64,000 nt of DNA from Diplonema japonicum (taxonomy: Eukaryota > Protista > Euglenozoa: Diplonemea), in the NCBI GenBank assembly GCA_964019335.1, contig OZ025712.1, positions 310,001-374,000 on the forward strand, read 5' to 3'. Below the pieces are notes generated by a model. That model made no database searches. It was not told the origin of the DNA and saw only the letters and a program-made list of their open reading frames with translations. Made by a program: the position numbers and the translations under genes. Below, one piece after another: positions 47,284 to 59,202 of this stretch; positions within the stretch are counted from its first letter, which is position 1, and every line of letters begins with the position of its first letter.

Positions 47284-48350
47284 TCACCCTCCAATCTTAA
47301 CCATGGGACGATTTTCGCCTGAATGGCTAGCCAACGTCTCAATAGTGTGCCCCCCGAGAGAAGCCTGTTTACCATCAACTATCTCTGAAATTCGTTGCAT
47401 GACATCTATGTCAGAAGCATTGGTCCGTAAGAGCTGGATTTTTTTTTTCTTTTTTTTTTTTTTTTTTTTTTCCATACTTGCAAGATACTTCTTTCGTTGC
47501 TATCGAACAAACACACTTTAACCTGACCGTCCGCAAGTAAGCGCATCCTGTTGCACCCACCGCAGAACTGTGATGTCATGGTGGTGATGAAGCCTACGGA
47601 ACCGACCCAATCATCACAAGAATATCGCTTTGAAACATCTCCCCGTTGCCCCTGTATCCCCTGAAGCTTCACATCTAAGCCTTGTTCGATAGAGTCGAAA
47701 ATCGACATCCAAGGAACCAGCATATCTGACGACCAGGAGTTAGAGTTGAAAGGCATGTACTCGATGAACCGCACCTCGATGGGCAACGTTTTCGCAAGAT
47801 TGGCAAAAGCTACAACTTCGTCATCGTTTTGCCCACGCATCACTACACAATTCACCTTTGTTGTAAGCCCTGCATCGATCGACTGATGCAGTGCTTTAAA
47901 AACCTTTTCAAACCCATTTCTCCGCGTGATGAACTGATATTTCGCCTCCACAAGGGTGTCCAGTGATATATTTACATGGGTTACACCGTGCTCCTTCATG
48001 ATAGGGATTTTTCTTGAAAGTTTGATGCCGTTCGTGGTGATGCACAGCTTGTCTAAGTCGAGCTCTCCCAGTCCTTGGATCACGTTGTCGAAGTCTTTCC
48101 GAATAAGAGGCTCGCCTCCGGTTAGCCGGATTTTCTTGACTCCCATGTCCCTGAATATTCTGCTAGCTTTTAATAGTTCACCTGTCGTCATCAAATCCTC
48201 GTTTGGGGTGAGATCCACGCCTTCGCTTGGCATGCAGTACTGGCATCTCAGGTTGCACCTCTCGGTCAGACTAATCCGCAGGTAATCGTGAAACCTGCCG
48301 AATGTGTCGGAGAGCAACGATTTTGTCACGCGGGGGGTAGGGGGCTTCAT
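47284..48350 (-). CDS. moaA: GTP 3',8-cyclase (MoaA/MOCS1A/CNX2); 2 exons (intron 47434-47477)
   Basis: YLRISLTERCNLRCQYCMP, RLTGGEP, FCGGCNR. Splicing yields the diagnostic C-terminal RPMVKIGG. Confidence 0.95.
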
Positions 48351-48569
48351 TTCCCTTTTTTTTTTTGTTTTTGTTTTTGTTTCGTTGAGTCGAAGAATTT
48401 TATGCAAAAAAAAAAAAAAAGAAAATAGGGGGAAAAAAAAAAACTAGAAAGAAAATAATGCGGTGCTTAACAGTACCACCCCCATGGTTTGGGGGTATTT
48501 TTTTTTTTTTTTTTTTTGTTTTTGTTTTACCCGTTCCTTCTTCCTATTGTCAGAGGGAGCGGATTCAAA

Positions 48570-48609
<40 letters not shown>

Positions 48610-48641
48610 TAGAGATGAAAGGGGGAGTGGAGGGTCGGTCA

Positions 48642-49067
48642 CTAGTTCTTCTTCTTCTTCTTGCTCTTCTTGTCAGAAGACTCTCCTCCAAAGTAACCAA
48701 CGGCGGTGGCGCCAGCAGCAAGGGCGTGGGTCGCAAGCTCTTTGGGAAGCTGCATCTTCACAGCCGCCATGACAGCCTTGGAGCTCAAAGTCTTCACTTG
48801 TGCGTGGGTGGTGAGGCGCCCTGCCTCCCCAGCGAGCCTGTCGAACAGGTCCACCACAAAGGAGTTCACGATCGCCATCCCCTTCGCTGTGATCTGCACC
48901 TTGCTGCTTTTGGTGTCCTGCGTCCTCATCAGCCTGTGGATGTACATGTTGTAGCTCGTGTAGCTCGCCTTCTTCCTCCTCTTCTCACCGTCATCCTCCT
49001 TCTTCACCTTCTTTTCCTTCTTCTCTTTCTTCTGCTTCCTCGACTTCACAGGGGATGACGAAAGCAT
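48642..49067 (-). CDS. Divergent histone H2B variant
   Basis: SYNMYIHRLM, KGMAIVNSFVVDLFDRLAGEAGRL, TLSS, LPKELATHA. Confidence 0.88.
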   Translation of the reverse strand: MLSSSPVKSRKQKKEKKEKKVKKEDDGEKRRKKASYTSYNMYIHRLMRTQDTKSSKVQITAKGMAIVNSFVVDLFDRLAGEAGRLTTHAQVKTLSSKAVMAAVKMQLPKELATHALAAGATAVGYFGGESSDKKSKKKKKN

Positions 49068-49407
49068 ATTTTTTTTTGTCTTTTTGCAAACTGTGAAACA
49101 TGGTGTTTGGTCAATCTTTATTATAAAAAAAAAGAGGAAATTGGCACGAAGCGGCACCACCACACCAAGAGGGGGCGGTAGTTACAAAAGTGTGTGTGTG
49201 TGTGTGGGTGGGGGGGGGCAACTCCCTCATGTACCTATGTCGTAAGACAAGTAGTTAAGAGATTCTGGGGGCAGCGCAGGCGAGCCTGCATGAAGGGGTG
49301 CGTCGAATTCCCTTCGTAACAAACTTCCCTCCTAGGCACATCGCCTGAGTGCCTCTGTAGAATTTTCACCAAAAAATGCGTGGTAAAGAGAATGCATCCA
49401 ACGAAGC

Positions 49408-49472
49408 ACTTCTAAGACAACAAACGACGTGGGGCCCACCTAAAGGAACAGCACGCCCTGCAAGCCGTCTGT
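49408..49472 (-). ncRNA. Candidate single-hairpin AGA-box (H/ACA-like) RNA; copies at 49686-49750 and 49989-50053
   Basis: Stem ACAGACGGC/GTCGTTTGT (G-U pairs on the minus strand), internal loop and upper stem, followed by AGA. Confidence 0.4.
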
Positions 49473-49566
49473 TCTTCACACAGAAAAAACGCTCTCAGGA
49501 CAGTTGAACAGGCAGGTCTATGGTCCTCATGAGAAGACACCCCAGAGTAACGGCGAATTGTTTGTT

Positions 49567-49654
49567 TCAGTGTTTATTTAATCCAACTGTAATCTGCTGT
49601 ATTCTCAGCGGGCCGAAGCTCTCAGACATTAAACCACAGATGATGTGTCATCAC
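49567..49654 (-). ncRNA. Box C/D snoRNA (88 nt); copies at 49870-49957 and 50184-50271
   Basis: GTGATGA (C) ... CTGA (D') ... TGAGA (C'-like) ... CTGA (D). Conservation between copies stops right after box D, and just upstream of box C in copy 3. Confidence 0.6.
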
Positions 49655-50441
49655 TTTACATTCCTGTCAATGCATCCAACGAAGCACTTCTAAGACAACA
49701 AACGACGTGGGGCCCACCTAAAGGAACAGCACGCCCTGCAAGCCGTCTGTTCTTTCACACAGAAAAAAAACGCTCTCGGGACAGTTGAACAGGGTCACAG
49801 CACCATGCAGGCTGTGCCCATGCCTGATGAACCTTTACTTTTTGCTATGGAGAGAAAAGTGCTCGGTTTTCAGTGTTTATTTAATCCAACTGTAATCTGT
49901 TGTATTCTCAGCGAGCCGAAGCTCTCAGACATTAAACCACAGATGATGTGTCATCACTTTACATTCCTGTCAATGCATCCAACAAAACACTTCTAAGACA
50001 ACAAACGACGTGGGGCCCACCTAAAGGAACAGCACGCCCTGCAAGCCGTCTGTAGTTACAGGCAGAGTTTTGACCATTTGGACTGGGCTGCCTCGGGACA
50101 GTTGAACAGGTCGTGCCCATGCCTGATGGACCTTTCGAAGATTTGAGGTGACCATTTTGGTTTTCTTTATTTGTTTATTTGTATCAGCGTTTATTTAATC
50201 CAACTGTAATCTGTTGTATTCTCAGCGGGCCGAAGCTCTCAGACATTAAACCACAGATGATGTGTCATCACTTTCCCAATTCTAAAGGGCCACAAACCAG
50301 AACCTGACGTGATGGGGTTCTCCAAGTTGCAGGGATGCCTTAAACCGCCGTAGGGCAAGACCAAAAAGCGGTTTTAATGGGCCAAAAAAAGGTAAATTGG
50401 GCATGACGGAAAATGAGGACCTCATGCCAAGTGATGATCAA

Positions 50442-50482
50442 GTCCACCACAAAGGACCCATCCCTTCGCCGTGATCTACACC
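50442..50482 (-). pseudogene. Short degenerate H2B-variant fragment
   Basis: gtccaccacaaagga..ccatcccttcgccgtgatctacacc matches 48849-48900 with a deletion. Confidence 0.55.
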
Positions 50483-50692
50483 TGTCTGGTCAGGAAAACA
50501 GCTGCAGGCACACTCACCCTTCGCTCCCCTTCTTCGAGCTCGTCTGCAAGGGCATCTTGAGTGGGGTGAGTGTAGCTGTGGTGCGGTTAGCGGAATAATT
50601 GAGCGAAACTAAATCAGAACAAAAAGAAATCACGCAAAACAGCCTACTTACTTATTTCTTCTTTTTTTTAGCACCTCTTTTCATTTTCTTCA

Positions 50693-52125
50693 CTACCGCG
50701 CTGAAGGAGTGCTGAAAAGTTCATCAAGCTCAGTTCCGGTGCATCTCTGCTGCGGTTGTTGGGCACTGTTTTTGGTTTCCCCCCCACCCCCCTTTCTCCC
50801 CCCTCCTTACCTGGTAAAAGGAACAGAAGGCGGAGGAAACGCAGACGGTTGGGCTTGTGCTTGCGCCTGTTTATTAAGTTTCTCCCTAAGCCCGGCTTTC
50901 ATACGTTACACAAAGCATCAAGGGGGGACTGCGTGGGGAAGAGCTGTTCAAAACTGTTGCCGGAAGAAGCCGGGGGAAAGAGAGGTTGCTGTTGAAACTG
51001 GTTTTGTTGTTGTTGTTGGGGCGAGCAGTGTTGCTGCTGTTGGGGCGGACAGTGTTGCTGCGTGGGGGGTTGAAACTGCTGGAAGAGGTTTTGTTCAGCT
51101 TTGGGTGCGGGGGGCTTCTTCTTCTCATCCTCAGCCCACTCCAACATATCAAAGAGACCCTTGCCCTGCGCCTTGGGCTTCGGCTGTGCAGGCGCAACAG
51201 CGGCAGGTTCCTGAGCACCCACCGACGACAACGAAGGATGCTGGGGTTGCGTCCCGACCGTCTCCTTCGCAATACTAGGGAGATTAAGCAAAACACTGCA
51301 CCGCTTGTGAATCATGTATGCAGATGGACGCGTGGAGGCATCCTTGTTGAGAATCCATCGGATGAGCTCTGTGACATTTGTTGAGTACGAAGAACTGCTG
51401 GGCAGCGTGTAGGACCCTTTTGTGATGGCCGAAGTCGATTCAGGAAAAGGAAGCTCGAAGAAGCACACCATGAACAGGATAACCCCTAGGGCCCAATCAT
51501 CCACTCGTTGGTCGATGCGCTGCTGGGACATGAGGTTGCACTGTTCAGGTGCACGGTAAGCTAGCGTCGTCCTCCTGTTGAGATCCTCCTCAACGTACAT
51601 AAAGTCCTTCCCAGTCCGGCACAGGTAGGAGTGTGTGGTGGTTGACCCGAAATCGCAAAGCTTGAAACGGCTGTTTTCGTACCCTAGGATGTTTTCAACT
51701 TTCATGTCTCGGTGTGCAATGGGGGTCCGTTGTGCATGGAGCTCCGCCACACCACCTGAGACGTCTCTGAGGATTTTTAAAACGGTGTCCTCTGAGAATT
51801 TCTTGCCGCGCTGTAGCATCTTGTTGATTAGCGCAATCATGTTTCCGTGGACGGCCATGGGCATCACTGCCAAGATGCATACGGCCCCGCTTTTTCTTCC
51901 CACATCTGACCCGACGCAGTTGACGAGCCCGTCATGGCGGAGCTCTTTCAGGATCTGAACCTCTCTCTTCGCGGCCTCGACGTCCTCCTGTTCTACAGCG
52001 GAGCTCTTCTTAATCGCAACCATCGACCCGTCGCCGCTCCTCGCCGCGTACACTATTGCGTAGGAGCCTTCACCAAGCTTCTTCATCACTGTGTAAGGCC
52101 GGCCTCCCACAAATATCTCCGTCAT
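50693..52125 (-). CDS. NAK-family (AAK1/BMP2K/GAK-like) Ser/Thr kinase; 3 exons (introns 50867-50904 and 50766-50810)
   Basis: PIAHRDMKVENIL, KLCDFGSTT, TTLAYRAPE and a Q/P-rich tail. The spliced tail is open to TAG at 50693. Confidence 0.88.
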
Positions 52126-52686
52126 TTTTTTTTGGGGGGGGCTTTTTTTCTTCTTTTTCTGTTGTGTATTTTGTGTTTGGGGGAAAAAAAAAGAGGGGGA
52201 GGGAAATGCTTAAGACAAGGAAAAAAAAGAGAGAAGTAAAAAAAAAAAAAAAAATCGATCAACTCAAACGGGCTCAGTACGATCACCAAGTGCACCGGGG
52301 TGTTCGTGCTCAAACGACATTGGAGTGAGCTTCTAACCTGTGCAGCACTACCTCTCAGGTATAGCGTGCTTTTTTTTTTTCCTTTTTTTTTTTCCCCTTT
52401 TTTTTTTTTCCATGTTACCCCCGTTTTTTGAGAGGTCTGCTTGTGCCTAGGTGACAGTTGCTCTGCAGCTTGGCAGTGCGATATGCGACAGCCGGTCAAA
52501 GTTTGCCTAATTCTTGTCTCTCCACCGAGCACAGACTTTCCTGAAGTGACTCGCTTAAGGGGAAGTGTCGTCACGCACCTAGACCTGACCAAAAGGTCTT
52601 GCTGCCCCTTTAAAAAAAAAAAAAAAAAAACGGGAATTAAAATAATGGGAAAGGGTGGGAAAAAAAAAAAAAAAAAAAAAAACTCT

Positions 52687-53859
52687 TTATTCACCGACAA
52701 AACTCTTCAATCTCTCTAAAGGATCACCTTGGAGCGAGTCGAAATCAAACAGCTCCGCACCAGGCTCGTCTTCGGGATCGTGATAGTCAAAGTCCTCTCG
52801 GGTGAAATATTCGTGCGATATGAATTTCTCCACAGACGTACGTAAGGAAGGGTCCCAGCAGAGGAGCTGCGTGACGAGGTTGAGCTCTACACTCGACGAA
52901 GATGGCCCCAGATGGGAGGAAAGGGCAGGCGGTTCGGTATCCACAAGAATTTTGTTGATGAATTCCTGGGACGTCTCCGTGAGGTACTCTTCAATAAATG
53001 AAACGGTTGGCGGGCCGAGGAGCTTGGACATGAGCAAGAGCTGTGCAGCGGGGCCCTTTTCATCCTTGAAAATCTCGGTACCGGTGACCAACTCAGCAAG
53101 AACACATCCAGTTGACCACAGGTCAATACCACGCAGTAGTTCCTGCTTTTTTAAATTCGATCCTTCCAAACCATAAGGACACAGCTGGTCATCTCTCGTG
53201 AGTGCCTCCGGAGGGACGTACCAGCGTGTGGTGACCCATCTGGTGTTGGTCATCATGGGGTGATCTATGCCTCTGCCGGAACCTAGATCGCAGATTGAAA
53301 GGTAGTATGTCCCGTCCTGTTCCTTGATTAGAAGATTTGCAGGTTTGATGTCACGATGGACGCATCCAGCAGAGTGGATGCACTTTAGACCCCGAAGGAG
53401 TTGGTAGATGAGGAGCGCTCTGTGTTCTTCCGTCAGAACCCACTTCTCTTCCAAAACATTTTTTAGATTTGTGGTGTACAGTTCTGTAATCAGGTACACG
53501 TGTTCGTACAGACCGTGGGGGACGAGGATGTCTAATATTTTTAAGATGTTCCCGTGGGCTCCGTCATCGTCCTCATAGGTGCGGGTCACCTTGCAGCTGA
53601 AGTGTTTCAGGATCGCTACTTCTCTCAGGCAGCTTTTTGTTTTTTCTTCGGTTTGGAATACGTTTTTTACCTTCTTCACTGCGACCTCCATGTCTTTTTC
53701 TCTGTCGTAGCCCATGGCGACGCACCCGAAGGCTCCCCACCCCAGCGCTTTTTCCCCTTTTATTTCGTACCTTTCACTCATTTCAAAACCTTCTGTATCT
53801 GAACCAAACAGGTCGGGTCTTCCCGGAACCTTCACTGGGTATATAGTGTACTTTTGCAT
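52687..53859 (-). CDS. MAPK-like (CMGC) kinase
   Basis: LGWGAFGCV, VAVKK, LREVAILKH, YQLLRGLKCIHSAG..HRDIKPANLL, VTTRWY, YHDPEDEP. Confidence 0.88.
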   Translation of the reverse strand: MQKYTIYPVKVPGRPDLFGSDTEGFEMSERYEIKGEKALGWGAFGCVAMGYDREKDMEVAVKKVKNVFQTEEKTKSCLREVAILKHFSCKVTRTYEDDDGAHGNILKILDILVPHGLYEHVYLITELYTTNLKNVLEEKWVLTEEHRALLIYQLLRGLKCIHSAGCVHRDIKPANLLIKEQDGTYYLSICDLGSGRGIDHPMMTNTRWVTTRWYVPPEALTRDDQLCPYGLEGSNLKKQELLRGIDLWSTGCVLAELVTGTEIFKDEKGPAAQLLLMSKLLGPPTVSFIEEYLTETSQEFINKILVDTEPPALSSHLGPSSSSVELNLVTQLLCWDPSLRTSVEKFISHEYFTREDFDYHDPEDEPGAELFDFDSLQGDPLERLKSFVGE

Positions 53860-56800
53860 TTTTTTTTCCCCCTTCCCTCTCCTTCCTATGAACGGGGTTT
53901 TTTATATTTTTTTTGAAAAGAAGCAGGCTGAGGGGGAAGAAAAAAAAAAAAAAAACAATGGGGGTGTGAGGAGGGGAAAAGGATGGGGACTGTCACAATA
54001 AAAAAAAGGGAGAGAGGGGAAAAGGAGAGATAAAAAGAGAGAATAAAAAACAGAAAAAAAATACCCCCTCCTCGTGCCCACAAAAAGAAGGGGGGGGGGG
54101 GGGGGGAAGAACTCAACCTTAACAAAATAGGGTCAGGGAGAGAGAGCCTTCAGAGGAAATATCGTCTATACTTTTACCGATTATGTCACAAGCATTCCTT
54201 GCGTCTTGCTGGGACTTCCCGGAACAGTGACTTGGCAACAGGCAGGACACAAGTTTTTTGTGTTGGGGGGGGGGGGGGGGGGATCACAGGCAAGTCAATG
54301 AATACTTATAAAAAAGGGGGGGAGGGGAGAATAGAGGCATATTGCTGGAAAGAAGGGGCAGGAGGCAAAACTACCAAAAGGGAGGGGGAAAAAAAAACCA
54401 GAGAGAAGATAACTGGCCAAAGTTATTCTCTTGTTTTTTTTTTTTTTTTTTTTTTTTTCCTCCCTCTTTCATTCTTCTTTAGGGCTTGGAGTGGATTTCC
54501 GCGGTGGGCCAACACAGGAGAAAAAATAAAAATAAAAATAAAAAAACTAAAAAGTTTACAGTTACACATGAAAGAGCTCACTCTTGATTCCATTTAATTT
54601 TAAAATTAGTTTTGTTGGGTTTTTTTTTTTTTATTTTTTTTTTTAGTTTTGATTTATTTTTTTTTTCATTCACACTTCACGCTACATCTTGGTTGCGAAA
54701 GTATGATTTAATGTTCTTTTTTTTTTGTTTTTTTTTTTGTTCGTTCTTCCAAAACTGTTATGGAAAAGCGCGAGAAGATCACAGGAGGGAAGGGGAGAGA
54801 CATGACATGGGAAAAGAAGAATACCGCAAACCCCAATTCTTAAAATAATTAAGAAGGTTTACAAGTAGCCCCCTTTTTTTTGTTTTCTTCGTTTCTTCTA
54901 AACTTAAAAATCCTTCTTCTTTCTTTACATAGAAATTTTTTCATTTTCTTTTTTTCCCTCCCCCCCCCCTTTTTATTTCCATCGTCAATGCCTCAGCGAA
55001 TTTCTTTTTGTGGAATCCCCAGTTTCGGGCTCCCAATAAGCCAGAAGCGGAATGGCGAATGAAAAAAAAATAAAGAAGAAAAAAAAAAAGAAAGAAAAAC
55101 GTAACGGCTCAATCTCATCTTTTTTTTCGAGATATATGAAAACAAAAAAAAGAGACATTTAAGGGTACCTGCGGTATGTGGCAGGACGCCTGCAAAAAAA
55201 TGGGATTCTTCCCCCCCCCCCCCCGCCCCCAGCGAAAACTGCGGGAGGGTGGAGGGGGGGGAGAATGTGCAAAAGTAGCTAGTGTTCTTGTTTTTTTTTT
55301 TTTTTTTTCCCTTCAATGAAGGTCCAGGGAAGACAGCCAAAGCTAACTTACTCGGGGTCCATCACCGAAGCCCCTAGGGGGGAATGCTACTTCCAGTGTC
55401 CTAACCTAACTAGGGTTATAAGTGTGTAATAATAAAAAAAAGTTTAAGTTTTGCGTCTTTAGACCAAAGAAGGCATAAAGGAATTTGGAAGGAAAAAAAA
55501 AAAAGAAAACAAAAAAAAAAACCAGAGCAGGGAAAAAAAAAAAGAAAAAAAGAAATTGAGGGGTTTCCGTTATCACTTTCCCTCCTTTTCCTTCTTCTTT
55601 TTTTTTTTTTTGCTCTTTTTTTTTTCCATTCTTTTTTTTTTGTTCTTCATACGAGGGGGATTATTATTTTTTTTTTTTCCCAAGGTCTTCAACTTTTTTC
55701 CCCATAATTGCTCTCAGTTTTTTTTCTTTTTCTTTCAAAAAAAAAAAAAACCTTTTCCCTCAGTACTGACGAGCTTACGGAAAGGGAAGGAACAGGACGG
55801 GGAGGTGGGTGAACAGGGAAAAGCTTGGACTTTTAGAACGACTTTTTGAAAGAAGCACAACCAAAAAACGAAAATAACCGCCCTAAGAGTCTGTGGTAAA
55901 ATAAAAAAAATAAAAAAGGAAGGGGGTCAATTTTTGGATTGATGTGATGTTGCGAGTTCAAAATCCGGCCCCTACAAAAAAAAATAGTTGTTAATTATAA
56001 GAGAGATACGGGAGGGGGAGGGGGAAGCACACACGAGGGGAAGGAAAAAAAAAAGAGAGAAAAATAAACAATCGCGCAAAATCTGCCAAAAAAGCGCAAT
56101 GACCTTTTTAAAAAAAAAAAGGAATAGGAGGGAAAAAAAAAGAAAAAAAATACCATCCAAATTTTAGAAGGCTTCACAAATTACTACATCTACAGGGGGA
56201 GAGGGGAAGGGGGGGGGGATGGAGAAACATAGAGTAAAAAAAAATTGACTTGCCAGCGAAAGGGGGGGGGGGAGAAAAAAAACAAGGGAAGGGGGAGGAA
56301 AGGAAAGAAAAAAAAATACAGAACTACAGGAAGAGTAGAAGAAGAAAAAAAGAAAATTGGAAGATGGTACCCCTTTTTTTTTTTTTTTAAAGTATTTCCC
56401 CTTCACGGGGCCCGCGTGTCGCAAACTTTTCTGTCAAAGCGCATTTAAAAAAATGGAGCCAGACGGTAAGCCAGGAGAGAAGAGAAAAAGAGGAGAAGAG
56501 GGAGGTGGGGGGGGTCGAAAAAGTGTTAAGATTAAAATAGGTGATAAAAAGAGCAACATTCCCGCTTGCTCCTCTTCAGGTTTCTCTCCCCCCCCCCCCC
56601 CCCCCTCTCTTCGTGTTGATCAAAAGAAATCAAAGGGACCATTCATTTTCTTTTTCTATGATAAAGTAACGGGGGGGGGGGGGGGGAGAGAGCAATGTTT
56701 TTTAAGAGCAAGCCCTCACATGAAGAACCCACCCTTAAAAAAAAAAGATCTCGAGGACCATGTATGGTCACGATGCAAATTGGGTGAAAAAAAATTTTTT

Positions 56801-56929
56801 GTTTAAAATGCTCTTCTCAAAGAAAAGCAGAAAAACAAAAACAAAAAAAAAGTGGTTAAAAGAAGGGGGGGCGGGGGAGGAGGGAAACTAAACTTTGCTT
56901 GCAGCGGCTCGTTGTTTTCAGCGCATAAA

Positions 56930-56969
<40 letters not shown>

Positions 56970-57136
56970 CACAGGCAAAAAAAATATATTGAATATACAG
57001 AATAAATTTTGCGGTGCCTCTTTCTTTACCCCCCCAAAAAAAACTACAAAAACAAATGTTCTACAACTTCTCCCCCTCCCCCCCCCCCTTTTTTTTAAAA
57101 TGTATTTTGTTCATCTTCCCCTTATTCTTCTTCGTC

Positions 57137-58218
57137 CTAAACCTGCACATCACTGAATTCCATATCACCCTCTGAAAAGGTGTCTTGATCAAAGGGTTCT
57201 CCGTGATTTTTGTAAGACCCCTCATCGTTCTTCAAAGGTGACTGGGCACGATTTTGCTGCTCAATGGCGGCTGCTTCCGAGTTATCGTTTCTGAAGAAAC
57301 AGAAGCAAAGGGCAAGGAGAATGCAACAGAACGCGAGCGACCCAAGCACGATTCCAACAATGGCACCATCAGAGAGATCATCATCAGAATTGGATTGCGG
57401 TTCAAGGCAAGTATACGCCGATGTAGATGACTGCAGGATGGGCTGCCCGAACTCACATGAAATCGCAGAGCATTGAGTAACTGCATTCCTACTGTTTGTC
57501 AACGAAACTGTTTTCGTGGCGTAATCAATATCGCACTCATTTTCCTCGACTACTGTGAACGTGGATGTGGCTTCTGTCCCCAAAACATTTTTCAAATCGC
57601 TGTCTTCGTTTAGCTTCTTGCTCAACTCTGCGTCAAGACTGGGGAGCTTTGAAGAGATATCTTCCTTAGTCATCTGAACATCAAGCCCAGCATGCAACGA
57701 CCCACAAATATCAGTCATCCCAAAGAACCTCGAAGTCGGTATCCCAAGCACCCCCAACACAACGCTAATGAATCTCTCCCTAATTGTTGTGTCTCTTCCG
57801 AGTGCGCAGTTTGCCAATGCGAGATATATTTTCAAAAGTAATCTCACGAGGAATCGTGCAATGGCGCCGGGTAGGGTGTTCACAGGGTAGCACTCGTAGT
57901 GCATGACTCCCTCGATTTCCATGTTCCTGAAGCCAGGGCTGCAGGTGCAGGTCCCGTCCACAATGTTACAGCTTGCCAAGACATCCCTTTCCAACCCTGG
58001 TCCTGCGGCTTGTTGGCAGTCGCCGTCGGTTCTGCACCATTCTATTGGAAGCTGGTCAGAGGGTGTGTTTGCCACTTGTAGGTCGATCGCTCTTTTGTTT
58101 GATTTTTTTTATTTTATTTTTTTTTATTTTTAAAAGCATACCCCCTTTCCGGTTCGCTCGCCTGTGTTCCGAAACACAGCGACAGCACTGCGAAGGCAAC
58201 ACATCGCTTCATCATCAT
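57137..58218 (-). CDS. Type I membrane protein with Cys-rich EGF-like ectodomain; 2 exons (intron 58092-58141)
   Basis: A signal-peptide exon (MMMKRCVAFAVLSLCFG) splices in phase 2 to the ORF; CNIVDGTCTCSPGF; TM GAIVGIVLGSLAFCCILLALCFCFF. Confidence 0.75.
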
Positions 58219-58325
58219 TTTGGTCTTTTTTTTTTTTTTTTTTTTTTTGCTCGGAGTAAAAAAAAGAAAGAAAGAAAGAAAAAAAATTCTATTACAGATC
58301 TCTATTATTTTCTCCCTTTCTTCTT

Positions 58326-58991
58326 CTACGCATATAACTGCTCTCTCAGCACCCGGAACCTTTCCATCAAAGGCTGTTGAAACGCGTGCTGCTGCTGCTC
58401 CTCCTGGAGGATTGTGGTGTGTTTGGAAGGGCTCACGTGGGGAGAGTCAAGAACCGCCGAATCACCAAATAGCGGCGAACCATCTTGCAGAGAAGGCAGA
58501 CTTGCGCCCCTTTTCCGTGGAGTAGAGATGGCTGATGGTGGCTCAATTGCAAGAACATCATTGGGCGGTGGAAGCATTGATAACCGTGTGTTCAAGGTCG
58601 ACTGGAGATGCTCTAGCTGAAGGAGAATTGTGTCCAGCTTTGCAGGAGAGGAAGGTAATGGGTGTGGTGAGGGGGAGGGTTCATATTCTTCTTGAATAGG
58701 GAGAGGTGGGGGCAATGCATCTGAAAATATTTTTTCCTCTTTTTCCACTTCCTCTTCTTCTTCTTCTTCTTCTCGCGGTTCTTCTCGCCGCCATGTCACA
58801 AATTTTGGTGGTCCGGCAGTCCATATTGAGTATGAGACTCTCTTCCCTGCCCTCGTTCTCCCTCTGACAACTTCTTCCTCTGATGGTGGCCACGCAACTT
58901 TCATCTGTTTTGACGGAGAACTCAGCCGCCTTCCCGGCATTACAGGGCTTTTACTTCTTCCCCTAAGTAGCATTTTTCGCTCGTGTAACAT
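58326..58991 (-). CDS. Hypothetical protein
   Basis: 221 aa ORF in coding-like sequence. Confidence 0.6.
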   Translation of the reverse strand: MLHERKMLLRGRSKSPVMPGRRLSSPSKQMKVAWPPSEEEVVRGRTRAGKRVSYSIWTAGPPKFVTWRREEPREEEEEEEEVEKEEKIFSDALPPPLPIQEEYEPSPSPHPLPSSPAKLDTILLQLEHLQSTLNTRLSMLPPPNDVLAIEPPSAISTPRKRGASLPSLQDGSPLFGDSAVLDSPHVSPSKHTTILQEEQQQHAFQQPLMERFRVLREQLYA

Positions 58992-59163
58992 TATTTCGTT
59001 CTTTTTTCGCCTTTTTTTTTTTTTTTAAAAATAGGGTGAACACCGGAGGGGTGGAGGTCCAAAAAAAATAAATAGGGGTATAAAAAAAAAAAAAAAAGAG
59101 AATCGGGAGGGAGGAGGGAACAGAAGAAAAAGATATTACAAGGGAAAAAAAAAATGCACACTA

Positions 59164-59202
<39 letters not shown>

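Larger units (their letters stand above)
49391..50274 (-). repeat. Three-copy ~280-315 nt tandem unit, candidate snoRNA cluster
   Basis: Two conserved modules per unit separated by variable spacers. Confidence 0.85.

Noticed and set aside
49391-50274. CRISPR-like repeat-spacer array
   Set aside because: Units are ~300 nt, the context is eukaryotic and there are no cas genes; box motifs fit snoRNAs better.
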